From NCBI GenBank assembly GCA_965533305.1, contig CBESWV010000001.1, positions 1 to 58,395 of the forward strand: a stretch of DNA of 58,395 nucleotides. The letters are read 5' to 3'. This document shows positions 18,272 through 27,312 of this stretch, piece by piece. The position numbers and the translations under genes are program-made. The notes under the pieces were generated by a model that worked only from the letters and a program-made list of their open reading frames with translations, was not told where the DNA came from and made no database searches. This DNA comes from an uncultured bacterium. Its GTDB lineage: Bacteria; Acidobacteriota; Thermoanaerobaculia; Thermoanaerobaculales; Sulfomarinibacteraceae. Within the stretch, counting starts at the first letter, position 1; each line of letters opens with the position of its first letter.

Positions 18272-19486
18272 ATGAGAGAAAGAGTCGTACTTGCCGTCGT
18301 CATCGGTTTCTGCCTGATCGGGTCCGCCTGCGCTCCGGAGCCCGTGGTGGGTGTGCTGATCCCGCAGACCGGACCCGCCGAGGCCTACGGCCACGCGGTC
18401 AACAACGGAATTCGTCTGGCTTTGAACGAGGCGCGGGCATCGAACACCCTGCCCGAGAATTTTCAGCTCATCGAGGCAGACACCGGCTCGCGCCCCGACT
18501 TCGCGGCCGACGAACTCCGGCGTCTTGCCTCGACTCTCGATGTCAAATTAGTCGTCGCAGGGGTGACCACTGATGAGGCCCTCGCGCTTCTGCCGGTGGT
18601 CGAGGACGAAAAGGTCGTGTGTCTCTCGCCGTCGGCGTCGGCGAGCAGCCTGACCGGCAAAAGTCCATACTTCTTCCGGCTCTTCGCCACCGACGAGGTT
18701 GAAGGAAGCACCGCCGCACGCTATCTCCACGAAACCCAATCCGCCCGCTCAGTTCTGGTGATCACCGATGATTCGACCTTCTCACGGGGGCTCGAGGCCG
18801 AGTTCCGTCAGCACTATCAGCTCCGGCTCGGTGGCGAAATCGTGGCGACGATCCACAACGAACTCGAGTGGTGGAAACGCAAGGCAACCGATATGGTCAA
18901 CGCCCATGAACCCGACGCGGTCTATATCGTCGGGCACGCCGAACACATCCTGACCAGCCTCGAACTGCTCAGCGATATCGGCTATGAGGGTGTGAAATGC
19001 ACAACCTCGGCGGTCTATCTCGCCGAACTCCTCGAACAGGGGAACCCGGCCCTGGAGGGTGTTTTCTTTCCGCTCGCCGCCTTGCGAACCTGCGAACAGG
19101 AAACCGACAACGCTCGTGAATGCCCGTTCGTCGACCGATACAAGGACGAATTCGGGGGCCAACCGGATTTCTATGCGGCCCACGGCTATGACGCCATGCG
19201 AGTTGCACTCCGAGCTCTCGTGGATGCACGTTCGGTCGATGTCAGCGAGCTGCGTCGATACATGCGGGTCGGTCTTCAGGAGTTCGATGGCGTGACGGGT
19301 ACCATTGCCTTCGATGAGCGGGGGGATGTCCGGCGCTACCCGACCATGCACACCATCTGGAACGGTCGGGTGGTGAAGTGCCGATGGCTCCGCGATATGA
19401 AAAAACTCCAGTTCAAGCAGCTCATCGAGGGGATCACTCCGACGAGGGCTCAACCACCCGCACCGGTCCTCCGGCTGGAAGTTTAA
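18272..19486 (+). CDS. Periplasmic binding lipoprotein, type-1 PBP (Leu/Ile/Val-binding-protein family)
   Basis: GGAGG RBS then ATG 18272. Lipobox LIGSAC, then GVLIPQTGPAEAYGHAVNNGIRLALNEA. The upstream part of the track ORF (17882-18271) overlaps the tricorn gene and is rejected. Confidence 0.75.
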   Translation: MRERVVLAVVIGFCLIGSACAPEPVVGVLIPQTGPAEAYGHAVNNGIRLALNEARASNTLPENFQLIEADTGSRPDFAADELRRLASTLDVKLVVAGVTTDEALALLPVVEDEKVVCLSPSASASSLTGKSPYFFRLFATDEVEGSTAARYLHETQSARSVLVITDDSTFSRGLEAEFRQHYQLRLGGEIVATIHNELEWWKRKATDMVNAHEPDAVYIVGHAEHILTSLELLSDIGYEGVKCTTSAVYLAELLEQGNPALEGVFFPLAALRTCEQETDNARECPFVDRYKDEFGGQPDFYAAHGYDAMRVALRALVDARSVDVSELRRYMRVGLQEFDGVTGTIAFDERGDVRRYPTMHTIWNGRVVKCRWLRDMKKLQFKQLIEGITPTRAQPPAPVLRLEV

Positions 19487-19566
19487 GCGAAGGTCGTGAA
19501 TCGTGAGTTGGTAGCCTGAGCGATCGACGACTCCGTACGACGGTGCTCGTGACCTCGGTGCCATCT

Positions 19567-20004
19567 TTGAAACACGAAGGGCACAAAGTTCCACGAAGAT
19601 CGACACAAAGCGTCGCATTTGAAAGTAGGATCTCGGTCCCGGAGTGACATTCAACTCCGTGGATCGGTCGGTGAATCTTCAGCGAATTGTTTGAAACGCA
19701 ATGACCGCAAAGATCGCAAAGACCATCGCAACGAACGCAACATGATCCACCGCAAGGAAGGGTGGCATCTGCAGGCGCCCTCCTTGTGTTCAGTCCTGGA
19801 TTGGATGATGCGATGGGTCAACCATGCGATGTCCTTTGCGATGGTCTTTGCGATCTTAGCGGTCGTTGCGGTAGAACTGCGATGGAGGCCGAGGATTTAG
19901 AGATTACTGAACGAAGCCGATTACTTCCCCGGCAGCGGTGACCCATTTTCAATTGCGATGCTTCGTGAAATCCTTGGTGGATCTTCGTGCTCTTTGTGTT
20001 TCAA
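19567..20004. repeat. Nested long inverted-repeat element, copy C
   Basis: Outer arms 19567-19623 / 19947-20004 match 44 of 57 positions by hand. The inner arms contain a perfect 20-nt inverted repeat at 19712-19731 / 19836-19855. 19823-19855 is the exact reverse complement of 48451-48483. Confidence 0.9.
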
Positions 20005-20105
20005 TCACGCCCTCGCGGCAGCCTCGACCGAAGAACGAAGTCTCGGGTCACTCCGGATACCGCCGACTCACGACCGCCGACGCGCCGTGGTAATCTTCGC
20101 CGGTT

Positions 20106-21482
20106 GTGACACAGGGCAGAAAATGGTTTCCGTGGGTCGGCTGGGCGGTGGTCATCGTCCTTCTGGTGACTTTTGTCTGGGGTCTCAATCGACGTTCCCG
20201 TCTCGAGGCCTCGGGGCAGAAAGCGGTCCAGATGCTCTTTGTCCCATCGGTGGAACAGGGCACCCTCGTTCGCCGTGGTGATGAGCTCGCCCGCTTTGTC
20301 CGCTCCGACAGCGGTCTGACTCTCAGATCTCAGGTTCCGACCAGCTACGCCGCGGTCATCGAGGCCCTGGGTGCCGGCCAGGCCGATGTCGCCTGGATTC
20401 CCGCATTCGCCTATGTCCTGGCCAATGCTCGCTATGGCGCCGAAGCACGGCTCCAGGTGGTTCGGTCGGTGGATCGGTACGGGATCATCATCACCCGCAA
20501 CGGTGCCGGTGAGCCGGATCGTCTCGAGAACCTCGTGGATGGGAAGATCGCCTTTCCCCTGACCATCCGCGGCCGGCTGCGAGCCATGCTGGTCGAACTC
20601 CTGGATGAGTACGCCCCAGGGTGGGTCGAGGTTCCCGTGGCCGACGACAAGGAAGCCGCGTGGTATCTCGCAGAGCGCAAAGACGGCGTCGTCGCGGCGG
20701 CGAGCCGGCACGTCACCTCGGGTCCCAACGACCTGGTGGGGGATGGCCGTAAGGAACTCGAATACGACCGGCCCGGAACGATGCTCGAGACCAGGATCAT
20801 CCACCGCACCGATCAAGCGGCGCCGGAACTCTCCAAGGTCTACTACGGCTGCGTGATGACCCGATCCGATTCGGGAATCAACCGTCTCGAAGACCTCAAT
20901 GGCAAGACCTTCGCCTTCTCGGACGAAACATCCACCTCGGGGCATATTTTCGCTCGGGCGCTGCTGCAACGGAACAAGGTCGAACTCGGTCGTATCTTCT
21001 TCGCCGGCGGCCACCCCAACGCGGTGCGGGCGGTGGAGGATGGCAAGGTCGCAGGCGGCGCATCCTTCTACTCGCCGCCATCGGCCGCCAATGAACGCGA
21101 CGGCACCAAGGTCGGCGACGCGCGTTTCCTGATTCTCAAGAACATGGCCGATCAGGAAACCCGTGATGCCTTTCTCGACAGCGTCCGCGTCATCGCTCTT
21201 ACCGATCCCATCCCGAACGATGTCTGCTGTGTCCGGCGAGGATTTCCCGAGTCCATCTGGCGTGATTTCGAAGCCTCGCTCAATCGATTCCTCGAGACCC
21301 CCGATGGCCAGGGTGCCTACTACGACCTCGTCGCCGGCGTGGCGGCGGCGCCCTGCACCGATGAAGATTTCAACGAGTTCCGCGGCGCCCTCAAGAAGAC
21401 CGGCGTCAGCGCCTCGAGGCTCCTCGAGGCCGCCGAGGCCAAACTCGAACGGAAGAAGGCCAAATCGGGGAGTGGGTCGTGA
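20106..21482 (+). CDS. phnD: Phosphonate/phosphite ABC transporter substrate-binding protein (PhnD-like), enlarged and TM-anchored
   Basis: GTG 20106. N-terminal TM helix. PhnD-like motifs (YAAVIEALGAGQADVAW, YYGCVMTRSDSGINRLEDLNGKTFAFSDETSTSGH). Its stop overlaps the phnC start (GTGA). Confidence 0.75.
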   Translation: MTQGRKWFPWVGWAVVIVLLVTFVWGLNRRSRLEASGQKAVQMLFVPSVEQGTLVRRGDELARFVRSDSGLTLRSQVPTSYAAVIEALGAGQADVAWIPAFAYVLANARYGAEARLQVVRSVDRYGIIITRNGAGEPDRLENLVDGKIAFPLTIRGRLRAMLVELLDEYAPGWVEVPVADDKEAAWYLAERKDGVVAAASRHVTSGPNDLVGDGRKELEYDRPGTMLETRIIHRTDQAAPELSKVYYGCVMTRSDSGINRLEDLNGKTFAFSDETSTSGHIFARALLQRNKVELGRIFFAGGHPNAVRAVEDGKVAGGASFYSPPSAANERDGTKVGDARFLILKNMADQETRDAFLDSVRVIALTDPIPNDVCCVRRGFPESIWRDFEASLNRFLETPDGQGAYYDLVAGVAAAPCTDEDFNEFRGALKKTGVSASRLLEAAEAKLERKKAKSGSGS

Positions 21483-22258
21483 CGGCCGAAACCGCAATCC
21501 GGGTCGAGAATCTCGGGATGGTCTATCCCGGCGGTGTGCGGGCGCTGGAGGGTGTTTCCCTCGATGTCCGCGCGGGTGAATTCCTCGCTGTCCTGGGTCT
21601 GTCGGGTTCAGGCAAATCGACGCTTCTGCGTTGTATCAATCGGCTCATCGATCCCACCGAAGGTCGGGTGTGGATCCTCGATGAAGAGATCACCGGAGCC
21701 AAGGGCCCCCGTCTGCGCAATATGCGCCGTCAGGTGGCGATGATCTTCCAGCAATTCAATCTCGTGCGACGGCAGACGGTTCTGACCAATGTTCTGTCCG
21801 GCGCCCTCGGCCGGAGCCCTCTGATCTCAAGCATGATGCTCACGTTTTCGACCGAAGAGCGGGCGCGAGCCATCGCCTACCTGGATCGGGTCGGTCTGGG
21901 TGATCGGTTTGCGAGCCGCGCGGATGCCCTGTCGGGTGGCCAGCAGCAGCGCGTCGCCATCGCCCGCGCCCTCATGCAGGAGCCGCGGTTGATCCTCGCC
22001 GACGAGCCGGTTGCGTCCCTCGACCCGGCCCTGCGGCACTCGGTGATGCAGCACATCGAGGCCCTCAACCGTGATGAGGGCATGACGGTCATGTGTTCGC
22101 TGCACGACATTGATCTGGTGACCCGCTACGCCACTCGCATGGTCGCCCTGCGGGACGGCCGGCTGGTCTGGGAGGGTGTGCCCGCGGAGTTCGACAGAAC
22201 GACCTTCAAAGAGATCTACGGCGAGGACGCCCAGCCGGCATCAAATACGGGCTTCTGA
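21479..22258 (+). CDS. phnC: Phosphonate ABC transporter ATP-binding protein
   Basis: Walker A GLSGSGKST, signature LSGGQQQRVAIARAL, Walker B LILADEP. 4-nt overlap with phnD. Confidence 0.85.
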   Translation: MTAETAIRVENLGMVYPGGVRALEGVSLDVRAGEFLAVLGLSGSGKSTLLRCINRLIDPTEGRVWILDEEITGAKGPRLRNMRRQVAMIFQQFNLVRRQTVLTNVLSGALGRSPLISSMMLTFSTEERARAIAYLDRVGLGDRFASRADALSGGQQQRVAIARALMQEPRLILADEPVASLDPALRHSVMQHIEALNRDEGMTVMCSLHDIDLVTRYATRMVALRDGRLVWEGVPAEFDRTTFKEIYGEDAQPASNTGF

Positions 22259-23352
22259 TGGGCTGGAAGGACGATTCATCCGTGCGCAGAGCGGTGTTGG
22301 TCAAGAGTCTCGATCGACTACAGGCGACGATCCTGGATGCGGTGCTGCTCGGCATCACGCTGCTCATGCTCGAGTTTCTCTTTCTCGCCTTCTCCGGACG
22401 CCGCGGACCAACCGGCCTCCTTCTTTCGGCCGAACAGATCCTCGATCTGCTCCACTATTCGTGGGCGGCGGTCGGCGGCCTCATCCTCGCCCTGTTGTGG
22501 AATCTCTTCTACCGGCATCTCGGAGCCTCGCCCGGTCGAGCGTGGGTGAGGGGTGTCCCCGACTGGGAAGCGCCTCTCGCGTGGAATCGAACGCTGCGCG
22601 GGTGGTACCTCGCCGTTTTCATCGAACTCACGGTGTTTTCAGGATGGCTCATCACCGAACTCGATCTTTTTACCTTCCTGACCAAGTTCGGAAAGGCCGC
22701 CGATATCGTCCGCGGTCTCATGCACCCGTCCGGCGCTGTCCTCCACGAGGGCCTCGTTCTGCTCGTCCAGACCATCTTCCTGGCCTTCATGGCCACCGCC
22801 TTCGCGATCCCCGTGGCGTTCGTGCTGGCATTTCCCTCGGCCCGGAACCTGACGCGCCACACCCTCACCGCCAGAATCTCCTACACCGTCGCCCGCACCC
22901 TTATGAATTTCGTACGAGCTGTCGAACCGCTGGTTTGGGCGCTGATCTTCATCTCGTGGGTGGGAATCGGTCCGTTCGCCGGTGTCCTCGCCCTGTGGGT
23001 GCACTCGGTGGCGGCCCTGACCAAGCTCTACTCCGAGCAGATCGAATCAATCGACACCGGGCCCATGGAGGCCATCGCAGCCACCGGGGCCTCGGGTCTC
23101 CAGGTGCTGCGCTACGGCGTCGTGCCGCAGGTCATCCCGCCCTTCCTGAGCTTCACCATCTACCGCTGGGACATCAATGTCCGGATGTCGACCATCATCG
23201 GTTTTGTCGGTGGCGGCGGGATCGGCTACATCCTCAAACCGAGGGTCGATCTCGGCGAGTGGGGTGAGGTGGGGACTCTGGTGTTGCTGATCGCAGGCAC
23301 CGTCTGGCTCATGGATGTGATTTCCGCGAAGATTCGCGAACGGATCGTCTAG
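22258..23352 (+). CDS. phnE: Phosphonate ABC transporter permease
   Basis: ATG 22258 overlaps the phnC stop by 1 nt. Polytopic protein with the PhnE-like C-terminal half (EAIAATGASGLQVLRYGVVPQVIPPFLSFTIYRWDINVRMSTIIG). Confidence 0.8.
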   Translation: MGWKDDSSVRRAVLVKSLDRLQATILDAVLLGITLLMLEFLFLAFSGRRGPTGLLLSAEQILDLLHYSWAAVGGLILALLWNLFYRHLGASPGRAWVRGVPDWEAPLAWNRTLRGWYLAVFIELTVFSGWLITELDLFTFLTKFGKAADIVRGLMHPSGAVLHEGLVLLVQTIFLAFMATAFAIPVAFVLAFPSARNLTRHTLTARISYTVARTLMNFVRAVEPLVWALIFISWVGIGPFAGVLALWVHSVAALTKLYSEQIESIDTGPMEAIAATGASGLQVLRYGVVPQVIPPFLSFTIYRWDINVRMSTIIGFVGGGGIGYILKPRVDLGEWGEVGTLVLLIAGTVWLMDVISAKIRERIV

Positions 23353-23424
23353 CCGCGATTCGCGGCGGCCGCGAATTGGGGCCTCGTCCCATGCCCACGG
23401 CCGTGGATATCAGTTTCAACCTTT

Positions 23425-25074
23425 CTAACGCAGCGACGCGGGAAGTTTGCTCGGTGCTTCGAACCGGAAGGGTTGGTCGAGCCCATCGATGATCTTCGCG
23501 TCGCGGTGGTAGATGTCTTCGCGGAATCCGATCGTCCCATCGGCGCGGACCTCGGCGGTCCAGTAGAGGAGAAAGACGGTCATGGGCTTGGCCAGGGTGA
23601 CCGTGGTCATCTTCGCCGAGTCGACCACCTTGTCGATCCGGGTGCGATCCCAGCCTTCGTTGTCCTCCAGCAGCAGAGCGGCAAGATCGAGCGGATTCTC
23701 GGTGCGGATGCAGCCGTGACTGAAGGCGCGGGCCGAGCGGCCGAAGAGACTCTTTGACGGGGTGTCGTGGAAGTAAACAAAGTAGGGGTTCGGGAAGATG
23801 AACTTGATCCGGCCGAGGGCGTTGCTGGGACCAGGTTCTTGTCGGACGCCGTAGGGAAACTTGCCATTGAAATCCACGGTCGAGGGGTCGACGACGGATC
23901 CGTCAGAGCGGATCACACTCATGTTCTTTTTCTTGAGGTAGTCGGGATCGCGACGGATGGCGGGGAGGGTTTCCTTGCGTAGAATACCTGGCGGTATCGT
24001 CCAGGTCGGATTGATCACCAGATAGGTCATCTCGTCCTTGAAGACGGGGGTGGCGTGGTAGGGCTTGCCGACCTGGATCCGGGTGGTCCACACCCGCTCG
24101 CGATCGCGAAAGAGAATGAGTTGGAAACCGGCGATGTCTGCGATGACGAAATCGTCGGGCACGTCGCGGAAAACCCACCGCATCCGTTCCAAGCTGGCGC
24201 GGATCTGATCGATCCGATCCTCTATCGAAATATTGAGGGCCTCGTCGGTCTTCGGACCGATCTTGCCGTCGGTGTCGAGGTGGTGGCGATCCTGAAACCG
24301 CTTGACGGCCTCCTCGACCTCCTCGTCGAAGAGTTCCGGATCCCCGGCAGTCGTTTCGAGGCCGTCAGTGACGGCGAGGCGGGCCCGGAGCTCGGTGACC
24401 CGCGGAGAGCGGTCGCCGGGCTCGAGAACCGGTCCTTCCGAGACGGTCGGCCAGCCGCCGGCCTCGGCGAGCTCGCGATACTCTTTCAAGGCAGCTACGA
24501 ACCTCCGGTACTCGGTGAGATCGGGGGCGACAGCGATGAGGAACTCTCTGATTGAACCCGTGTCCAGGGCCATGGAAAAAAGTTCGACACCGTCACCGCG
24601 TTCGGCGAATTCCCGGCTCAGATTCCACACGGGGTCGATATCTTCGGGGTTGAGCTTGCCGAAGTGGAGGGTAAAGGCGTAGCGCGCGAAGGCATCGGTG
24701 AGCAGGAGATCGAGATCCACCAACGAAGTGGTGCCCGTGAGACCCTGCGCTGCGATATCGAGACGCAAACGGATCGCCTCAAAGTGGTAGTCGTTGGGAT
24801 CGAGACCCTGGTCTGGCGCCTCCTCGATGGCCGTCAGGAGGGTTTCAACCATAGCCGGCCGGGTCCAGACCAAGCGAAAGTCGCGGTCCTGGTACAACTT
24901 TGGGATGAGTCGAACCGCTGCGATGGTCTCTTGGCCGACGGTCAACACGCCGGTTTCGTGAAGTGTGTCGATCCGGCCACGAAGGGTCTCCTGGATCTCG
25001 TCGGCGACCACCCCGGATGTGGAAAAAAACGCCAAGGCGGCGAAACAAAGCGAGGCAATTGCAGGTCTTTTCAT
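23425..25074 (-). CDS. L,D-transpeptidase (YcbB-like, with a peptidoglycan-binding domain)
   Basis: Signal peptide. PG-binding-like segment (AVKRFQDRHHLDTDGKIGPKT). YkuD catalytic motif HDTPSKSLFGRSARAFSHGCIR. Confidence 0.85.
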   Translation of the reverse strand: MKRPAIASLCFAALAFFSTSGVVADEIQETLRGRIDTLHETGVLTVGQETIAAVRLIPKLYQDRDFRLVWTRPAMVETLLTAIEEAPDQGLDPNDYHFEAIRLRLDIAAQGLTGTTSLVDLDLLLTDAFARYAFTLHFGKLNPEDIDPVWNLSREFAERGDGVELFSMALDTGSIREFLIAVAPDLTEYRRFVAALKEYRELAEAGGWPTVSEGPVLEPGDRSPRVTELRARLAVTDGLETTAGDPELFDEEVEEAVKRFQDRHHLDTDGKIGPKTDEALNISIEDRIDQIRASLERMRWVFRDVPDDFVIADIAGFQLILFRDRERVWTTRIQVGKPYHATPVFKDEMTYLVINPTWTIPPGILRKETLPAIRRDPDYLKKKNMSVIRSDGSVVDPSTVDFNGKFPYGVRQEPGPSNALGRIKFIFPNPYFVYFHDTPSKSLFGRSARAFSHGCIRTENPLDLAALLLEDNEGWDRTRIDKVVDSAKMTTVTLAKPMTVFLLYWTAEVRADGTIGFREDIYHRDAKIIDGLDQPFRFEAPSKLPASLR

Positions 25075-25098
25075 GAGCTGATCTTCGTCCTTTCGAAC

Positions 25099-26025
25099 TC
25101 AGTGGTGAGCGCCAATGTACCGTTCCCCGGCCTTGATGGCGACAAAGAGGGTATTTTCCGGGGTCGGCAGGGGACAGGTGGCAAAGGGGGTGAAGGCACA
25201 CGGCGGGTTGGTGGCGAGATTGAAATCGAGCACAACCTCGTTGGATCCCTCGCTGATCTCGGCGTTGAGGAATCGCCCGGCGCCGTAGGTTGTGTCTCCG
25301 GAAGTAGCGTCGCGGTAGACGATGAAGAGGTCTCGCTCTCCGGGTTTCGAGATGTACGGCTCAAGGGACACTGATTCCCCGCCAATTTTGAATTCGAGGA
25401 TGCCGGGCGCGAGCATCATCGACGGCTCACCGATGACGGTCGGTATCGCGACCTCCTTCGGTTCGGAGTAAGGATCGAGGAGAGCCACCACCCGAAAAGC
25501 CGGGTCGAGCCGGTAGCGTTCGAGGCCGTGGAAGTTCCGGCGGATGGGAGATTCAGGATCCTTGACCCTGACACCGATCCGGTCGCCGCGTCCGATGAGA
25601 TAAAAGAGCACGCGGCCGGTTCGCATCAGATCCGGGGCGCCGGAGGTGTCGATTGCGAGGGTCTGCTCGACTGCGGTTTCACCGTTGACCATGAGATCGC
25701 CACCGGGGTACGGAACGAGGGTGACGGCCCCGTCCTCGCCGATGACGAGGCTTGCGACTTCATCGGGCCCGTCCGGCAGGAGGACGGCTGCATCCTCGCC
25801 GGACCCAACCGAGTTCGCTCCGGGTGCGAGCCAGAACAACCCGGTCAGGGTCAGCCAACCATCATCGGCGATGAGGTGGGCCTCCCGCGCGGCCCACTGA
25901 GCTTCGATTTCGGTTTGGTAGGCGGGATCTATATCAGGCGCATCCCGGGAGCATCCGGTGAGAGCCACAAGAAAGACCAGGATGACGATGGTGGGGGACT
26001 GTCTCATGGCGTTGTTGTAGCACAT
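25099..26025 (-). CDS. DUF1684-family lipoprotein
   Basis: Lipobox LTGC. The C-terminal motif NPPCAFTPFATCPLPTPEN is typical of DUF1684. An alternative start exists at 26007. Confidence 0.7.
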   Translation of the reverse strand: MCYNNAMRQSPTIVILVFLVALTGCSRDAPDIDPAYQTEIEAQWAAREAHLIADDGWLTLTGLFWLAPGANSVGSGEDAAVLLPDGPDEVASLVIGEDGAVTLVPYPGGDLMVNGETAVEQTLAIDTSGAPDLMRTGRVLFYLIGRGDRIGVRVKDPESPIRRNFHGLERYRLDPAFRVVALLDPYSEPKEVAIPTVIGEPSMMLAPGILEFKIGGESVSLEPYISKPGERDLFIVYRDATSGDTTYGAGRFLNAEISEGSNEVVLDFNLATNPPCAFTPFATCPLPTPENTLFVAIKAGERYIGAHH

Positions 26026-26079
26026 GCGATCAACCCCCAGCTCGACCGAAACCGCACACCGGGACGTGCCGGGCTCGGT

Positions 26080-27312
26080 CTACTCCCACCGCAGCGCGTC
26101 GATGGGATTCAGCTTCGCAGCACGCTGGGCGGGATAGAGACCCGATCCGATCCCGACCGCCATGGAAACCCCGAACGCCAACACCACCGACCACAGGGTG
26201 ACCACGGTGGACCAACCGGCTGACACGGCCACGATCTTGGAGATCAGGACTCCGACCACGACCCCGGCGAGGCCGCCGAGGACGCTGATGGTGAAGCTCT
26301 CCATCAGAAACAGGGTTCGGATGTCCACTTGGCGGGCGCCGACGGCGCGCCGGACCCCGATCTCACGGGTTCGCTCGAAGACCGTGGCCAACATGATGTT
26401 GGCGATCCCGATGCCCCCCACAAGGAGCGAGATCCCGGCGATGGCTCCCATGACGATGTTGAAGAGCCGCTGGGTCTTGCGGCTCTGCTCGAGCAGGGCT
26501 TCCGGAACCACGAGCTCGTAGTCTTCTTCCCCGCCGTGCAGGCGACCCAGGAGCTCATCCATGAGACGAGCGGTTTCTCCCGGATTGGCGGAGGGCTCGA
26601 GGCGGACGATGATCTCATCAAGGGGCGCCTCGAGGAGGGGAAGGTCGAGTTTGCGAATGGCGGTCGATACCGGCAGATAGATGTCGAGATCGGTGGATCC
26701 GACGGCCACGCCCTGTACCGAAGAGACCCCGCCGGAACCGGCAAGGACGCCGATGACCTCGAGCCAGAGCTCGTTGACCTTGAGAACCTTGCCGACCGCC
26801 TCCTCGTAGCCGAAGAGTTCACGACGGACGGATTCTCCGATGACGCAGACCTGGGCGTGCCGGGCCACATCCACGCCGTCAAAGAACCGACCAACGGTCA
26901 CTTCGAGGTTGGTGAGCCCTGCGAAGCCGGCATCGACGCCGTGTGCGGTGGCCTTGACGGTTCGTCCTCCCGACAGAACGGTGTAGGGTTCAATCTCGAC
27001 CCGCGCGCACGTGCGTTCAACGCCGGGGATCGCATCGGCAATCGCCACCGCATCTCGCGGCGACACTCCTGGGGATGTCTCGCGAACCTCCTGAAGCTCT
27101 TCGTCTCGCATATCCACGTCGCGCACCAGGATGTTCCGGACCCCGAGCCTTTCGATCATTTCCATGGCCTGCCGTTCGGCGCCCTCCCCGATGGAGAGCA
27201 TCGCGATGACCGCACCGACCCCGAAAATCATGCCGAGCATGGTCAGCACGGAGCGCAGCTTGTGAGTTGAGAGGTTTTCGACGGCGGTACCGAATGCATC
27301 GCGCAGGGTCAT
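26080..27312 (-). CDS. MacB/FtsX-type ABC transporter permease with no fused ATPase
   Basis: N-terminal TM (LRSVLTMLGMIFGVGAVIAM), a large periplasmic domain, and a C-terminal FtsX module (ERTREIGVRRAVGAR). Its ATG overlaps the upstream stop (ATGA). Confidence 0.8.
   Translation of the reverse strand: MTLRDAFGTAVENLSTHKLRSVLTMLGMIFGVGAVIAMLSIGEGAERQAMEMIERLGVRNILVRDVDMRDEELQEVRETSPGVSPRDAVAIADAIPGVERTCARVEIEPYTVLSGGRTVKATAHGVDAGFAGLTNLEVTVGRFFDGVDVARHAQVCVIGESVRRELFGYEEAVGKVLKVNELWLEVIGVLAGSGGVSSVQGVAVGSTDLDIYLPVSTAIRKLDLPLLEAPLDEIIVRLEPSANPGETARLMDELLGRLHGGEEDYELVVPEALLEQSRKTQRLFNIVMGAIAGISLLVGGIGIANIMLATVFERTREIGVRRAVGARQVDIRTLFLMESFTISVLGGLAGVVVGVLISKIVAVSAGWSTVVTLWSVVLAFGVSMAVGIGSGLYPAQRAAKLNPIDALRWE

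Noticed and set aside
19619-19900. 93-aa ORF inside repeat element C, and similar ORFs at 14635-14827, 48299-48514 and 48481-48801
   Set aside because: The translations merely mirror the inverted repeat: charged DRKDRKDHRNERN from one arm and hydrophobic FAMVFAILAVVAV from the other. There is no RBS and no conserved frame between copies C and D.
19567-20004. Integron attC site, or retron msr/msd, as an explanation for the long imperfect inverted repeats
   Set aside because: The arm termini do not fit the RYYYAAC / GTTRRRY attC cores. No integrase or reverse transcriptase gene is in the window, and the elements lie between ordinary housekeeping operons.
20001-21497. 498-aa minus-strand ORF
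   Set aside because: It is antisense to phnD and has low-complexity GC-frame composition.
22176-23267. 363-aa plus-strand ORF in another frame of phnE
   Set aside because: The Arg/Pro-rich translation has no TM helices, while the phnE frame gives a coherent permease coupled to phnC.
23358-23376. GC hairpin attcgcgg-cgg-ccgcgaat between convergent phnE and the L,D-transpeptidase gene, as a bidirectional terminator
   Set aside because: It is only an 8-bp stem with a 3-nt loop and no flanking U/A tracts, so the evidence is too weak to annotate.
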